From IMG/VR virus record IMGVR_UViG_3300031420_000495, positions 193,407 through 257,406 of that record: 64,000 bases of DNA; one strand, given 5' to 3'. Of the stretch, positions 8,825 through 18,405 are shown piece by piece (position 1 is the first letter of the stretch; each line of letters opens with the position of its first letter). The notes beneath the pieces are model-generated. The model was not told where the DNA came from and did no database searches. It saw only the letters and a list, made by a program, of their open reading frames with translations. The stretch is from a virus. Lineage: Duplodnaviria; Caudoviricetes. Made by a program: the position numbers and the translations under genes.

Positions 8825-9733
8825 TTATTTTGTTGCAGGTGGTGTGATCTTCTTAGCGACGTCATTCATATAAATTTCAACTGCGATGCGTGACACTTCG
8901 AGTCGAATGGTTTCCAGTTCTGTTGCGGAAACGTTGGCGGCGATGCCAACGGTAATGAAGCCAACAAATGTTCCGACGAACGGTGGTACGGCCAACCGGC
9001 AAATGGTTGGAAATTCCGTTGCAAGCTCTGGCGCGAAACGATTGTAAATCGTGTCTTCGTATTTGTCGCACCGGAAATCGTTACTGAGAACAGCGATCAT
9101 CTGTTCAGTGTTCTTCGCGTCGTAATCAAAAACGGGAAGTGGTAGCGCAAGTGCTTGCACAGCTAGTGGTGGGAGTTTGATGTTCGGGTTGTCGATAAAG
9201 TAGTATCGAGCAACCCTACGATTCTTCTTTAGATCAACATCCGACAAGATGACCATCTGGACATTTGTCGCCTTTGCAAGGTTGATGAGTGATTGCTTGC
9301 TGCCCTCAGACAAAACCCAGTTTGTTGGGACTGCAGCTACGCTTGCAGTTTGTGCAGAGTCGTGTGATGTAAACTTTGCAACGATGTCATCGCGATTTTC
9401 GTACAGCGCAAACAGAACGAGGCCGATTGCAGTCAACAATGCAACCAGCGCAACTGTTCGGAATGTGAGAGTGCCGATGATGCTTTCGATAAAGCTCAAC
9501 GTTTTAACTGGGTCTTCACCTAGAGAAATGCCTGGCTTTGGAGGTGCAGGCGGAGGTGTAGGTGCTGGTGCAGGATCAGAGGGTGCCGGATCAACAACAG
9601 GTGCTTCTTCCACTTCAGGTGGATGCGACGGAACATCGTCTTCAGAGACGACTGGCTGTTGTTTGGCTGGAGTCCTAGCCGGAGCCTTTGCTGGAGGCTT
9701 CCCAGCAGGTTTCTTACTAGGCGGTTGCTTCAT
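8825..9733 (-). CDS. Holin-T-like single-TM protein, paralog with Pro-rich N-terminal extension
   Basis: TM FRTVALVALLTAIGLVLFAL; CRLAVPPFVGTFVGFITV. Confidence 0.55.
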   Translation of the reverse strand: MKQPPSKKPAGKPPAKAPARTPAKQQPVVSEDDVPSHPPEVEEAPVVDPAPSDPAPAPTPPPAPPKPGISLGEDPVKTLSFIESIIGTLTFRTVALVALLTAIGLVLFALYENRDDIVAKFTSHDSAQTASVAAVPTNWVLSEGSKQSLINLAKATNVQMVILSDVDLKKNRRVARYYFIDNPNIKLPPLAVQALALPLPVFDYDAKNTEQMIAVLSNDFRCDKYEDTIYNRFAPELATEFPTICRLAVPPFVGTFVGFITVGIAANVSATELETIRLEVSRIAVEIYMNDVAKKITPPATK

Positions 9734-9787
9734 GGTGTCCTCTTCATGGTATCCATTATTTATTGGATACCATGAATTTTTGGACGC

Positions 9788-10015
9788 TTACTTGCGGCGC
9801 GGCTCTGGAGGTGGACGCACGCGGCTTGGCAAGGCGCTTGCACCGTTGCCGTTACGAATGAAGTCCAATCCTGCGCGACCTAATTTCTTGGCCGCGTCCA
9901 GATCAGCAAGTGCTTCAAGGAACGTTTCGCGTTCCTCAAGATGATCCACGGTTTGCGCTTCGCCAACACCGTTGACGAAGACACCATGGAATGGCGGATG
10001 GTCTTTCCACATCAT
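9788..10015 (-). CDS. Hypothetical protein
   Basis: ORF with AAGGAG SD; start trimmed. Confidence 0.7.
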   Translation of the reverse strand: MMWKDHPPFHGVFVNGVGEAQTVDHLEERETFLEALADLDAAKKLGRAGLDFIRNGNGASALPSRVRPPPEPRRK

Positions 10016-10051
10016 AATGGTCTCCTTGTGAGAGACCATTGTACCACGTTA

Positions 10052-11203
10052 TCAGTCTTCGTGGCCGAACTTCTTGGCGATTGCATCTTCGATTGCTTGA
10101 TGCACGCGCTCGGCCGTTTCGTCCCACGAGTAGTGAGCCACCAGCTCTTTGCCGAGCACGACACGCTGCGCAGCTTGCGTCGGCTCTTCGATCAGGAAGT
10201 TCTCGATGTGACGGATGAACTCGTCGTAGTTGTTGCCGATCTGCACAACCGAACCGTACAGCTCGACGACATCGTGGATCGCGGTCGAGACGATCGGCTT
10301 TTCTGCCGCCATGTATTCGAGCGTCTTGGTCGGCGAGATGAACTTCGTCGCGTCGTTCAGTGCGAACGGCATCGTGCAGACGTCCCAGCCTTGAACGATC
10401 TGCGGCAGCAGGGTGTACGGCTGCGAGCCGAGATAGTGGATGTTGTCGCGCTGTGGCAGGCTTGCCGGATCGATCTTGACGACTGGGCCGACCATGACGA
10501 CATGCCAGCGCGGATTTGCGTCTGCGATCGCGGCAACCAGGTCGATGTCGAGACGTTCGTCGATCACGCCGAAGAAGCCGATGCGCGGATGCGGAATGTC
10601 GTGTTCGAGTTGATCTTCGACATGGGTCTCGGCTTCCAGCTGTGCGGCACGTTCTGGCGAGTAGTGGTTCGCGTCGACGCACGATGGCAGCGACAGCGTG
10701 TCCGGACGAATCGCTTGTTTCGCACGTGCGAGCGATGGTCCGCCGGCGATGACGAGGTCTGCGGTTTGCAGCAGTTCACGTTCGCGATCTTTCAGTTCCT
10801 TCGGAGCATGCGCGAACATCGACAGCTCGTCCATGACGTCGAAGATGACGAAGTCGGGTTCGAAGTATTCCTTCAGCGGGAACGCTTGCGGAGTGTAGAA
10901 CCAGATGCCGAAGCCGTCGTCGGTCAGCACGTCGTTCTCGAGCAGCCACTCGCGTACGAGTGGGCCGATCACTTTCATCTGCTGATCGTTGAAGCCCCAA
11001 CCGTCTTCGACGGTATGCGGCACGACGACGGTGATGTTGTCGTGCTTTTCGGTCTTGTTTGCTTCGATGAAAACCGAACCAGTATTCAGTGGTTCTTCGA
11101 CGAAGACGATGTTATAGTGTTGTGCCAGACGCGTCAGAAGATGCTGCGGACGCTGAAAGACGAAGTTCCAACGGAGGTGCGAGAATACGATAAGGGTTTT
11201 CAT
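10052..11203 (-). CDS. Glycosyltransferase (GT-B fold)
   Basis: FSHLRWNFVFQRPQHL, IGFFGVIDERLD, SPTKTLEYMAAEKPIVST; host-like family often linked to UDP-galactopyranose mutase. Confidence 0.9.
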   Translation of the reverse strand: MKTLIVFSHLRWNFVFQRPQHLLTRLAQHYNIVFVEEPLNTGSVFIEANKTEKHDNITVVVPHTVEDGWGFNDQQMKVIGPLVREWLLENDVLTDDGFGIWFYTPQAFPLKEYFEPDFVIFDVMDELSMFAHAPKELKDRERELLQTADLVIAGGPSLARAKQAIRPDTLSLPSCVDANHYSPERAAQLEAETHVEDQLEHDIPHPRIGFFGVIDERLDIDLVAAIADANPRWHVVMVGPVVKIDPASLPQRDNIHYLGSQPYTLLPQIVQGWDVCTMPFALNDATKFISPTKTLEYMAAEKPIVSTAIHDVVELYGSVVQIGNNYDEFIRHIENFLIEEPTQAAQRVVLGKELVAHYSWDETAERVHQAIEDAIAKKFGHED

Positions 11204-11308
11204 TGTAGTAATTTCTTCGTAGTAAGAAGCCGAATTAGCTTCTAATTGCAGTGATTATACACCGAATATATGAATATGCATAGTGCTAAATGGTGCCGTA
11301 CATACAAG

Positions 11309-11330
11309 AATGGCTCCCGTAGGAGCCATT
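11309..11330 (-). terminator. Intrinsic terminator-like hairpin
   Basis: AATGGCTCC/GGAGCCATT 9-bp stem downstream of the lipoprotein genes. Confidence 0.6.
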
Positions 11331-11351
11331 GGTATTCAAGCTATCGCTCGA

Positions 11352-11627
11352 TTACTTCGCTTCGGTAGAAGCTGGTGGTGTGACCGTGGTCGTCGAACCA
11401 GTCGATGCGGACGTGCCGGTATCTGCTGGTGGAGTTACGCCGGTCGATGCTGGTGGAGTAACAACAGTCGTGTCACCAGCTGCTGGAGCTGGAGTCGGTG
11501 CTGGAGCTGGAACCACTACTGGAGCAACTGGTACAACGGTCGTTGTCTGCGGAGGAACTTCTTCCTTCTTCGAGCAAGCGGCCAGAGTTGCTGCGGCCAT
11601 CAGGCCTACTACCAGTGCGCGCATCAT
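11352..11627 (-). CDS. Pro/Thr-rich lipoprotein
   Basis: Lipobox LAAC. Confidence 0.85.
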   Translation of the reverse strand: MMRALVVGLMAAATLAACSKKEEVPPQTTTVVPVAPVVVPAPAPTPAPAAGDTTVVTPPASTGVTPPADTGTSASTGSTTTVTPPASTEAK

Positions 11628-11980
11628 TCACGCACCTTCTTTTTCGTTACAACGGTCGTGTCGGACGAAGTGTTCATCGACGACGAGGTCGAGGATGCCG
11701 CTGGAGCTGGAGCAGCGTAGGTGGTCGACGAGGACTCAACTACAACTGTCTTGCTCGAGTGACGTGCTTCTGCCGAATCAGCCATGTGGCCGCCGACTGC
11801 AGCACCAACGCCTGCACCTACCAGGCCGCCAGCAATGTGAGCTGCCGCTCCACTACCGACTGGACCCAGAACTGCTGCACCGATCACTGCACCAGCGAGC
11901 TGGCCAGTCTGATGGTTCGTCGCGCAACCAGTTGCGAGCGCTGCTACTGCAGCAAGAGCTGCGAGTTTTGCTTTCATCAT
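11624..11980 (-). CDS. Glycine-zipper lipoprotein
   Basis: Lipobox ATGC followed by GxxxGAxxG zipper; start trimmed to MMKAK. Confidence 0.85.
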   Translation of the reverse strand: MMKAKLAALAAVAALATGCATNHQTGQLAGAVIGAAVLGPVGSGAAAHIAGGLVGAGVGAAVGGHMADSAEARHSSKTVVVESSSTTYAAPAPAASSTSSSMNTSSDTTVVTKKKVRE

Positions 11981-12206
11981 ATAATTCTCCTTCAAGAATT
12001 GAGGGTTAGTTTCTACATGGGCAAAAGGGGTGTTTGCGCTTTTATTTATAGAAATATGGAGGGACAACACAAGAACTCCTTCTTGTATTATTGACGATGC
12101 CATACACCGAGCAACGTTCTAACTCATGTTGCTAGTTTGCGTCGTGCCTTATTTACAGAGTCACGACCTCTGGAACAGATTTTACGAGTGATATTCGCCT
12201 CGGAGT

Positions 12207-12371
12207 TCAGAAGCAACGTTGGTAGACAACACGCTTTTTCTTTAGAACCCATGCATCGTGGATGCACGAATTTTTATCGTATTTGGAAATTCCGAGGAAT
12301 GTTTCACGGCCGTCTGGAGTAGTTCCGCAGCCACTGACGCTGAATGCCAAGACTAGAAAAAGCTTCCACAT
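12207..12371 (-). CDS. Small lipoprotein
   Basis: Lipobox VSGC; start trimmed to MWKLF. Confidence 0.7.
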   Translation of the reverse strand: MWKLFLVLAFSVSGCGTTPDGRETFLGISKYDKNSCIHDAWVLKKKRVVYQRCF

Positions 12372-12440
12372 GATAACCTCGCGATACAATGAACCATTGT
12401 ACCACGAGAATTATCTTTGAACAAACTTTTTCGCGTTGAC

Positions 12441-12590
12441 TTAGAGCATGCCTCGACCGAAGATCAGATACAGAATGATCAACAGCACGATGATGCCGAC
12501 AGGGCTATAACCCCAGCTACGGGAATAGCCCCATGTTGGAAGAGCACCAATCAGCAGAAGAATCAGCAGGATGATGAGAATTGTAGACAT
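12441..12590 (-). CDS. DUF3309-family small membrane protein
   Basis: Translated by hand: MSTILIILLILLLIGALPTWGYSRSWGYSP...; not in the ORF track. Confidence 0.85.
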   Translation of the reverse strand: MSTILIILLILLLIGALPTWGYSRSWGYSPVGIIVLLIILYLIFGRGML

Positions 12591-12652
12591 GGTTATTTCC
12601 TTTTCAAGGTAGCAGCAAAAAGCTGCCGATAACCTATTTATCTAAAATCTCG

Positions 12653-13246
12653 TCAAACTTCTTGAGTTACATCATCGACGATGCGGATGCCTGCTGCCCA
12701 CATCTTCATCGCTGCTTTGTCGATCGAGTCTTGCGCGATGCCACGGCATGCAGCGAGATTGACGATGACTTCGAAACCAGCATCGCGCAATTGCAATGCA
12801 GTGGTTGCGACGCAATAGTCGGTTGCGAGACCGCCAACGATAACGGTCTTGATGCCTTTCGACTTCAGGAATTCGATGACGCCAGTTGACCGCTTACGGG
12901 TTTCCCAGTCTTCGTTGTGGTAACATGCACCGTACGGGTGCAAATGTTTCTCGACACCTTTCCAGACGAAGTAGTCGTAGTCGTCTGGCTTCGGCAAACC
13001 ATCGACTAGTTCGAAACCGAATGTGCCGACTTCGCAGTGCCGCGGCCAGATTTCGCCCACGAAGTCAGCTTGATCGGAGTGAGCGTCTTTACTGCCAACA
13101 CGAATGCCGCACAGCTTCGCTTGTTCGTTCAGCGGGCCGACAACACGGTGTCCGCCTTTGACGGGCAGTTCGCGTGGACACAGCTCGGTGAAACCGTTCT
13201 GCACGTCAACGTCGAAACTCGCCGTTGTTTCTTTATCGATTTTCAT
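12653..13246 (-). CDS. pncA: Nicotinamidase/pyrazinamidase (isochorismatase family)
   Basis: DVQNGF, KDAH, WPRHC, VWKG, GGLATDYCV catalytic motifs. Confidence 0.9.
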   Translation of the reverse strand: MKIDKETTASFDVDVQNGFTELCPRELPVKGGHRVVGPLNEQAKLCGIRVGSKDAHSDQADFVGEIWPRHCEVGTFGFELVDGLPKPDDYDYFVWKGVEKHLHPYGACYHNEDWETRKRSTGVIEFLKSKGIKTVIVGGLATDYCVATTALQLRDAGFEVIVNLAACRGIAQDSIDKAAMKMWAAGIRIVDDVTQEV

Positions 13247-13440
13247 TCTGCTTCCAGTGACTTCTTGACGTCAGCAAGTGACGGCAGGACTTCGCCGAGA
13301 TGCTTCTTGCTGATTTGATATTGCCATCCATCGCGGACGCGATAGATGGTGCCGGTCTTGCGATTGCGTTTGCCGTCATGCAGGAACACGTCGACGACCA
13401 AACCGATTTTCGGAACTTGGCGTTCTTTGTAGGTAATCAT
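13243..13440 (-). CDS. Hypothetical protein
   Basis: ORF overlapping pncA start by 4 nt. Confidence 0.7.
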   Translation of the reverse strand: MITYKERQVPKIGLVVDVFLHDGKRNRKTGTIYRVRDGWQYQISKKHLGEVLPSLADVKKSLEAE

Positions 13441-13483
13441 GTGCGTGTTCCTTGGTAGATTCGATGGAAGAATTATACCACGG

Positions 13484-14062
13484 TTATTGATCTTGTGGAG
13501 GATTGCCGCTAGTTTCTTTTGCCTTGTCGAAAAGCAACTTCAACTGTTTGCTGGAATTGATAAGTTCTGCACCAACAGACTTTGCGTCGTTGGCGTTCAT
13601 CAGTAAGCTGATGATGTTCAGCATACCACCACTGACAACGGTTGACAGAAGGAATTGAATGCCGTTGTCACGCATCTGTGCAACAGTGAACAAAACGAGA
13701 CGCAACACCTTGAGCACGATGATGCGATTGAAATTCTTTCGAGAAACGTCGATACCTTGTAGCTTGATGCCGGCTTTTACCAACCACTTGTCTGCTTGGT
13801 CTTTGATTTTCTCAGGCATGCGATCATAGACACCGCGGAACTTTTCCAATTCCTGCAAGTACATTTGCCGAATGACTTTGTCATTCAGTTCGCCTTTATT
13901 GTTGGCGGCTGTCTTGAGATTGGTGAATGCAGTACCGATCTGATTGAATCCGCTTTTCAGCGTGTCAAAGATTCCCTCGTCGAGGTTTTCTCGACCTTCC
14001 CAGACTTGATCGAGTTCTTCAAGTAGGGAAGGCTGAGGTGTTTTGAGTTCGTGTAGTTTCAT
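13484..14062 (-). CDS. Hypothetical late protein (MKLHEL.. N-terminus)
   Basis: Late promoter at about 14089-14096. Confidence 0.75.
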   Translation of the reverse strand: MKLHELKTPQPSLLEELDQVWEGRENLDEGIFDTLKSGFNQIGTAFTNLKTAANNKGELNDKVIRQMYLQELEKFRGVYDRMPEKIKDQADKWLVKAGIKLQGIDVSRKNFNRIIVLKVLRLVLFTVAQMRDNGIQFLLSTVVSGGMLNIISLLMNANDAKSVGAELINSSKQLKLLFDKAKETSGNPPQDQ

Positions 14063-14097
14063 TTGTAGCCGATCAACGTTGATCGGCTATTTATGGC

Positions 14098-14757
14098 TTA
14101 GTCGTCATCGCCACCGAAGATACCCAACAGCTGCAGCAGGTTCTGGAAGATGTTGATGATGTCCAGATACAAGCTCAGTGTTGCACTGATGTACGACGTT
14201 TCTCCACCATTCACGATCTGCTGCACGTCGTAAACGATGTACAGCGAGAAGATCACGATGGCCACGATCGAGAACAGAATCACGAGTGCCGGCAACTTCA
14301 GGAAGATGTTCGCAATACCTGCGATAATCAACACGATCAGTGCGATGAATAGGTACTTGCCCATGCCCGAGAAATCTCGTTTCGTCACCGTGGCATACGC
14401 GGCAAGAGAGACGAAGATCGCAGCCGTTCCGCCGAACGCCAACATAATCAGCTCGGCACCATTGGTAAACTGTAACGTTCGAACTAATAGCGGACTTAGT
14501 GTTGCGCCCATCAATCCAGTGAAGAGCAGCAACACAGGAATACCTGCGGCCGAGTTTCGCAATGCTTGGATTGCGAAGATGAAGCCGAACATGACGAGCA
14601 GAACCAGCAGCCAACCCCAACCAGAGATTGCAGGCAGACCGAATTTTACGCCGAGGTAGGCGCCGATAACAGTTGGCACCATCGTTGCGGCCAACAGCAG
14701 ATAGGTGTTACGCAGTACAGTATTACTCACTGCGCTTTTGCTCAGAGAAACGTCCAT
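14098..14757 (-). CDS. yccA: Bax inhibitor-1/YccA family membrane protein
   Basis: VLRNTYLLL, 7 TM segments, YDVQQIVNGGETSYISATLSLYLDIINIF. Confidence 0.93.
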   Translation of the reverse strand: MDVSLSKSAVSNTVLRNTYLLLAATMVPTVIGAYLGVKFGLPAISGWGWLLVLLVMFGFIFAIQALRNSAAGIPVLLLFTGLMGATLSPLLVRTLQFTNGAELIMLAFGGTAAIFVSLAAYATVTKRDFSGMGKYLFIALIVLIIAGIANIFLKLPALVILFSIVAIVIFSLYIVYDVQQIVNGGETSYISATLSLYLDIINIFQNLLQLLGIFGGDDD

Positions 14758-14775
14758 GATTTTCCTTGTGTGGAT

Positions 14776-14849
14776 TGGTACCCCTAGAAGGAATCGAACC
14801 CTCCGTCAGCAGCTTAGAAGGCCGCTCGCCGAAATCCATCGGTAGGGGT
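14776..14849 (-). tRNA. tRNA-Arg(TCT), minimal D-arm
   Basis: Hand-folded; loop CT-TCT-AA, TTCGATT T-loop, CCA; C8, D region CCGATGGATTTCGG. Confidence 0.8.
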
Positions 14850-14853
14850 GTTG

Positions 14854-15022
14854 TAAGACCATCAACGATGGGACTACTTAATATCATCTTGCAAGAATGA
14901 TCGCACCAGTTTGTCCGCGAGCCCGCCCCAACGTAAGTTACGTCAGCCTGCCGACTGGACGTGTGATTTTCTCGATGGAGGTTGCCCTCATCGGCATAGT
15001 GCTGCTCAGCCGATGGTCTTAT
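14854..15022 (-). ncRNA. Structured ncRNA candidate 5' of tRNA-Arg(TCT)
   Basis: 10-bp terminal inverted repeat TAAGACCATC/GATGGTCTTA; internal GAGG-GCAA-CCTC tetraloop and further stems. Confidence 0.5.
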
Positions 15023-15025
15023 TTA

Positions 15026-15265
15026 TCAGTAGTTGAAAGCTCGATGCTCGTTGAGCTGTTCTTCCTTGTCTTTCGAGAGGTTGTAAACCTCCATGATCCG
15101 TTGCATCTCGCCAGGATTTGCAACGCGCTTGTGGGCTTCTTCTTGGTTCGCACAGAAGACTGGATAGTCGTCCCAATCGTATGTATCACATACGACCACG
15201 AGATGGCTTGCACCCTGTGCAACACCGCGATCGAACCATTCAGCAATTTGCGATTTCGTTGTCAT
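15026..15265 (-). CDS. Hypothetical protein
   Basis: Start trimmed to MTTKSQ behind AAGGA. Confidence 0.75.
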   Translation of the reverse strand: MTTKSQIAEWFDRGVAQGASHLVVVCDTYDWDDYPVFCANQEEAHKRVANPGEMQRIMEVYNLSKDKEEQLNEHRAFNY

Positions 15266-15272
15266 GATTTCC

Positions 15273-15689
15273 TTAATCAGGTAGTCGATAAGAGTCCCAA
15301 CCATACCACGCTTTCGTCGCAACGCGATTGCCTTTTCCAGGTCGACGGATTGCATATTGCGTTCTGCCGATGCTGCTGTCTTTGTCCGTAACACGCTTGC
15401 GATAATCTCGCGCATCACGGATCGTCGTCCCTTTCAGTTGACCGTTACCACCACAGTAGTGAAACTTCATGCCGGCGCGAACAAGAACTTCCAGCTTTGC
15501 CCATTCACGCACATTGCGTTTTGGCGGAGCGCGAAAAGCAGTTCCGCAAAACAACATTTGCTTCTTGCATGTTGGGCACTTGTGATTGCCACCAGAATAC
15601 TTAGTTTTGTGAAAGCACACGCGACAGTCGAAGCAAGCATATCGCGCAGAGCTTGTGTACTTCGCGTAAAGCCTTATGCCTGTATCCAT
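15273..15689 (-). CDS. Zn-ribbon hypothetical protein
   Basis: CFDC..CPTC..G..FRAPPK. Confidence 0.75.
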   Translation of the reverse strand: MDTGIRLYAKYTSSARYACFDCRVCFHKTKYSGGNHKCPTCKKQMLFCGTAFRAPPKRNVREWAKLEVLVRAGMKFHYCGGNGQLKGTTIRDARDYRKRVTDKDSSIGRTQYAIRRPGKGNRVATKAWYGWDSYRLPD

Positions 15690-15751
15690 GGCATCTCCTT
15701 AAAAATGATAGTCGCATTATACACTACGACTATCATTTCTCCGAGATATTT

Positions 15752-17233
15752 TTAGTTGGCGTAGTTATCCACGACTTCTTTCAGGTTGTGGTGAAGGATA
15801 TATGATCCGGATTTTTCACCGGCCCAGAAGCACTTGTCTCCGACGGTGATGTGCTGAACCATGATGTCGCCCATGCCGTGAACCAGCGTAATGCGTTCCC
15901 ACCCAATCGTGTGCGTTCCGTCTTCTGCATCATGACGAACTGGAACTTCCATGCCGAGCAATTCGCGCGGGTTCACGTAACCATATCGTGTTGGAATCGG
16001 TGCAGTTTCCGAACAGACCAGTGAAGCACCTGATTCAGTTACGAGACGGAAACCAGGTTGCAGTGTTGGCTTCGACATCGTGACAACGCCTTGATTTTCT
16101 TCAAATGTTTCTGGATCAGCAAGCATCATGCTATTACCAACTTCAATTTGACCTGCCAACATTCCATCTGGCAGAATAGCATTCACGGATACGCAACCAC
16201 CACCTCCACCTCCGCCTCCACCGCCAGCAGATGGCGCAACGTATTTCGCACCGGTAGTTAACGCATGTTGTTGAACTGTCGATGGATTTGGGTAATCTCG
16301 CAGAAGCGTAAACTCGACTCGACCTTTTGCACCATTGCCACCAGTGAGACCACTGATTCGAGCTCTGTTATCTGCGTTGAACATGTTCGACGAATCATTT
16401 GGCTTTGGTTGATAGCTTGTGTCACCAGTCAGTGTTCGTGTTCCCCAGTATCCGCCCGCTCCACCAGTACCTGTGCCTTGACGATACGTCGGTGAAGTCA
16501 AAAGAACAGCTGCTGTACTTGGGCCTGCAACAACGCCAGAGTTTGATGATCCAGCGTAACCGCCTGGCCAACCGTCTGCACCGTCACCGCCGCGAGTTAC
16601 GGAATACTGGTTGTCGTTGATACCACCTGCACCTCCGCCTCCGCCACCACCTCCACCAGCGCCGACGAGCGTAGACGGAATACCGCCACGTGTCACGCTG
16701 ATTGAAGATACTTGACCAGCACTTCCTGAAGCGCCGGCATCACCCATGAAATAACCACCACTCGTGCCAAGTCCGGTCCAGTGCCCGAACCCGCCAACGC
16801 CACCATATCCGCCATCGCCAACAACAATTGTGAGAACTTCACCCGGTGAAATTGCAGCTGAGAACCAAACTTCTTCGCCCATACCCGCAGAGCCACCACT
16901 GCCACCCGCAGCCGATGCGTTCCAGTTGTATTCACCAGCACCACCGCCTCCTCCGCCACCACCTTCACCGCCGATGACTGTTCCGGAAAATCCGCGTGGT
17001 CCATTAGGCACCGTGAAGTAATACGTTCCAGGTGAAGAGTAGAGATAGTATGTCTGCGCTGGCATGTTAGCTTTGCCACGCAAGAAGTCCATCGAGATAG
17101 TTGTTTGATCGCCAGTGACGCCAGCCAAGATGCGAACGTTTGGATCATTCAAGTTGAGGCCTGCTACGCTAACGCCAAGCTCGGCAGCAACTTGATCCAT
17201 GCCAATTGAATTTGGACTAACTGGTAATGTCAT
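15752..17233 (-). CDS. Glycine-rich tail fibre/adhesin-like protein with C-terminal Hint domain
   Basis: MTLP..IGMDQVAAELG N-terminus, poly-Gly repeats, G8-C|VSVNA start and ..ILHHN end of Hint fold. Confidence 0.75.
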   Translation of the reverse strand: MTLPVSPNSIGMDQVAAELGVSVAGLNLNDPNVRILAGVTGDQTTISMDFLRGKANMPAQTYYLYSSPGTYYFTVPNGPRGFSGTVIGGEGGGGGGGGAGEYNWNASAAGGSGGSAGMGEEVWFSAAISPGEVLTIVVGDGGYGGVGGFGHWTGLGTSGGYFMGDAGASGSAGQVSSISVTRGGIPSTLVGAGGGGGGGGGAGGINDNQYSVTRGGDGADGWPGGYAGSSNSGVVAGPSTAAVLLTSPTYRQGTGTGGAGGYWGTRTLTGDTSYQPKPNDSSNMFNADNRARISGLTGGNGAKGRVEFTLLRDYPNPSTVQQHALTTGAKYVAPSAGGGGGGGGGGCVSVNAILPDGMLAGQIEVGNSMMLADPETFEENQGVVTMSKPTLQPGFRLVTESGASLVCSETAPIPTRYGYVNPRELLGMEVPVRHDAEDGTHTIGWERITLVHGMGDIMVQHITVGDKCFWAGEKSGSYILHHNLKEVVDNYAN

Positions 17234-17242
17234 AGTGTTTCC

Positions 17243-17971
17243 TTAAAGCAAGAAGTCGCTGATTTCGCGGTTGATGCGAATGTCAGCGTCATTGACGATT
17301 GGGTCGAGAATGACTGGTTGATTTCCACGCATAGCCATGTTGCGTGTACCAAAGTCCAGACGATCATCATCAGTTAGCAGCGCACGGATTTTCGTCATGA
17401 CTTCAACCAGGCTGTAGAGTTCTGGGCTGATATTTGGAAGGAATTGTTCAAGATCAACGGAAATGCGTTGCTGTTTCTGATGATCGCTCAGCAACCATTT
17501 GAGAACACCACGCGGAGTCTTTGACGCGGTTGCCCAGCGGAAAACAGTTTCCATATCAGTGAAGTTGTTACGCTCACCACCAATTTGCTTGATGACGTCT
17601 TCGTCTTTGAAGAAGTCGATCTGGTCATTACCGTGAAATGGCGTGAGAAGTTCCATCTTCACATAGTTGATGTTTTCAGCACCATCGCCGATCTTCAAGA
17701 ACTTTGGAAGAACACGAACTTTTGACTTGAACTTTGGAAGCCATGGACTTGGGTTGTCAACACAGAAGTTTGCAAACTTTGCATACGCACTGTCTTGATA
17801 CCAGAATTTGAATACGTCCGTGCCATTGGTAAGAGCGACCCCAAGTGCACCTTTACCAAGTGGACGCAGTTTTGTTTTACCAGCGGCGAACTCGGCCTTG
17901 ATAAAATCAACTGCCTCTGCAGGTGTAAGTTGAGACAGGCGTTTTGCGCCTGACAGTTCATACAGTTTCAT
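17243..17971 (-). CDS. Protein-kinase-like protein
   Basis: LGKGALG, VFK, DFGTRN catalytic loop, ILDP. Confidence 0.7.
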   Translation of the reverse strand: MKLYELSGAKRLSQLTPAEAVDFIKAEFAAGKTKLRPLGKGALGVALTNGTDVFKFWYQDSAYAKFANFCVDNPSPWLPKFKSKVRVLPKFLKIGDGAENINYVKMELLTPFHGNDQIDFFKDEDVIKQIGGERNNFTDMETVFRWATASKTPRGVLKWLLSDHQKQQRISVDLEQFLPNISPELYSLVEVMTKIRALLTDDDRLDFGTRNMAMRGNQPVILDPIVNDADIRINREISDFLL

Positions 17972-18002
17972 AATACCTCATCATGTTATATTGAGGTATT
18001 TA

Positions 18003-18075
18003 TGGCACCACTGGAAGGAGTCGAACCTTCGCAACCAAGGATCGGAACCTCGGCGCCGAATCCGTCGGCAGTGGT
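18003..18075 (-). tRNA. tRNA-Arg(CCG), minimal D-arm
   Basis: Loop TT-CCG-AT; D region CCGACGGATTCGG; CCA. Confidence 0.8.
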
Positions 18076-18076
18076 A

Positions 18077-18382
18077 TTAGTCTTTCTTCTTTTTCTTCGC
18101 GTCTTCTTTGGCGTGTTGTTTCGCCAAGTCACGTTGGAGCATCGCCATTGCAGCGTGGATTGCTTCACCGTTTTTCAGATTCTTGCCAGCGCGATTGATG
18201 TAGAACTGAAGCATGCGAATTGCGGAACCCAGACCTTTCGGGCTGACGCTTTTCTTTTTGTACTCGTTGTAAATCTCTTGAGCCGTGCCGGTGTGCGTTC
18301 CCTTCTTTGCAAAGGTTCGTGCTGGACCGTCAGTCACAGGTTGTGACCAATTCTTTTCACCAAGCAATTCTTCGACAAGCAT
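18077..18382 (-). CDS. DUF3175-like protein
   Basis: SAIRMLQFYINRAGKNL motif. Confidence 0.75.
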   Translation of the reverse strand: MLVEELLGEKNWSQPVTDGPARTFAKKGTHTGTAQEIYNEYKKKSVSPKGLGSAIRMLQFYINRAGKNLKNGEAIHAAMAMLQRDLAKQHAKEDAKKKKKD

Positions 18383-18405
18383 AATAATCTCCCAATGTAG
18401 AGAGA

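Noticed and set aside
15752-16210. Hint regions as splicing inteins or homing elements
   Set aside because: No endonuclease insert, the +1 residue is Leu or Ile, and there is almost no C-extein
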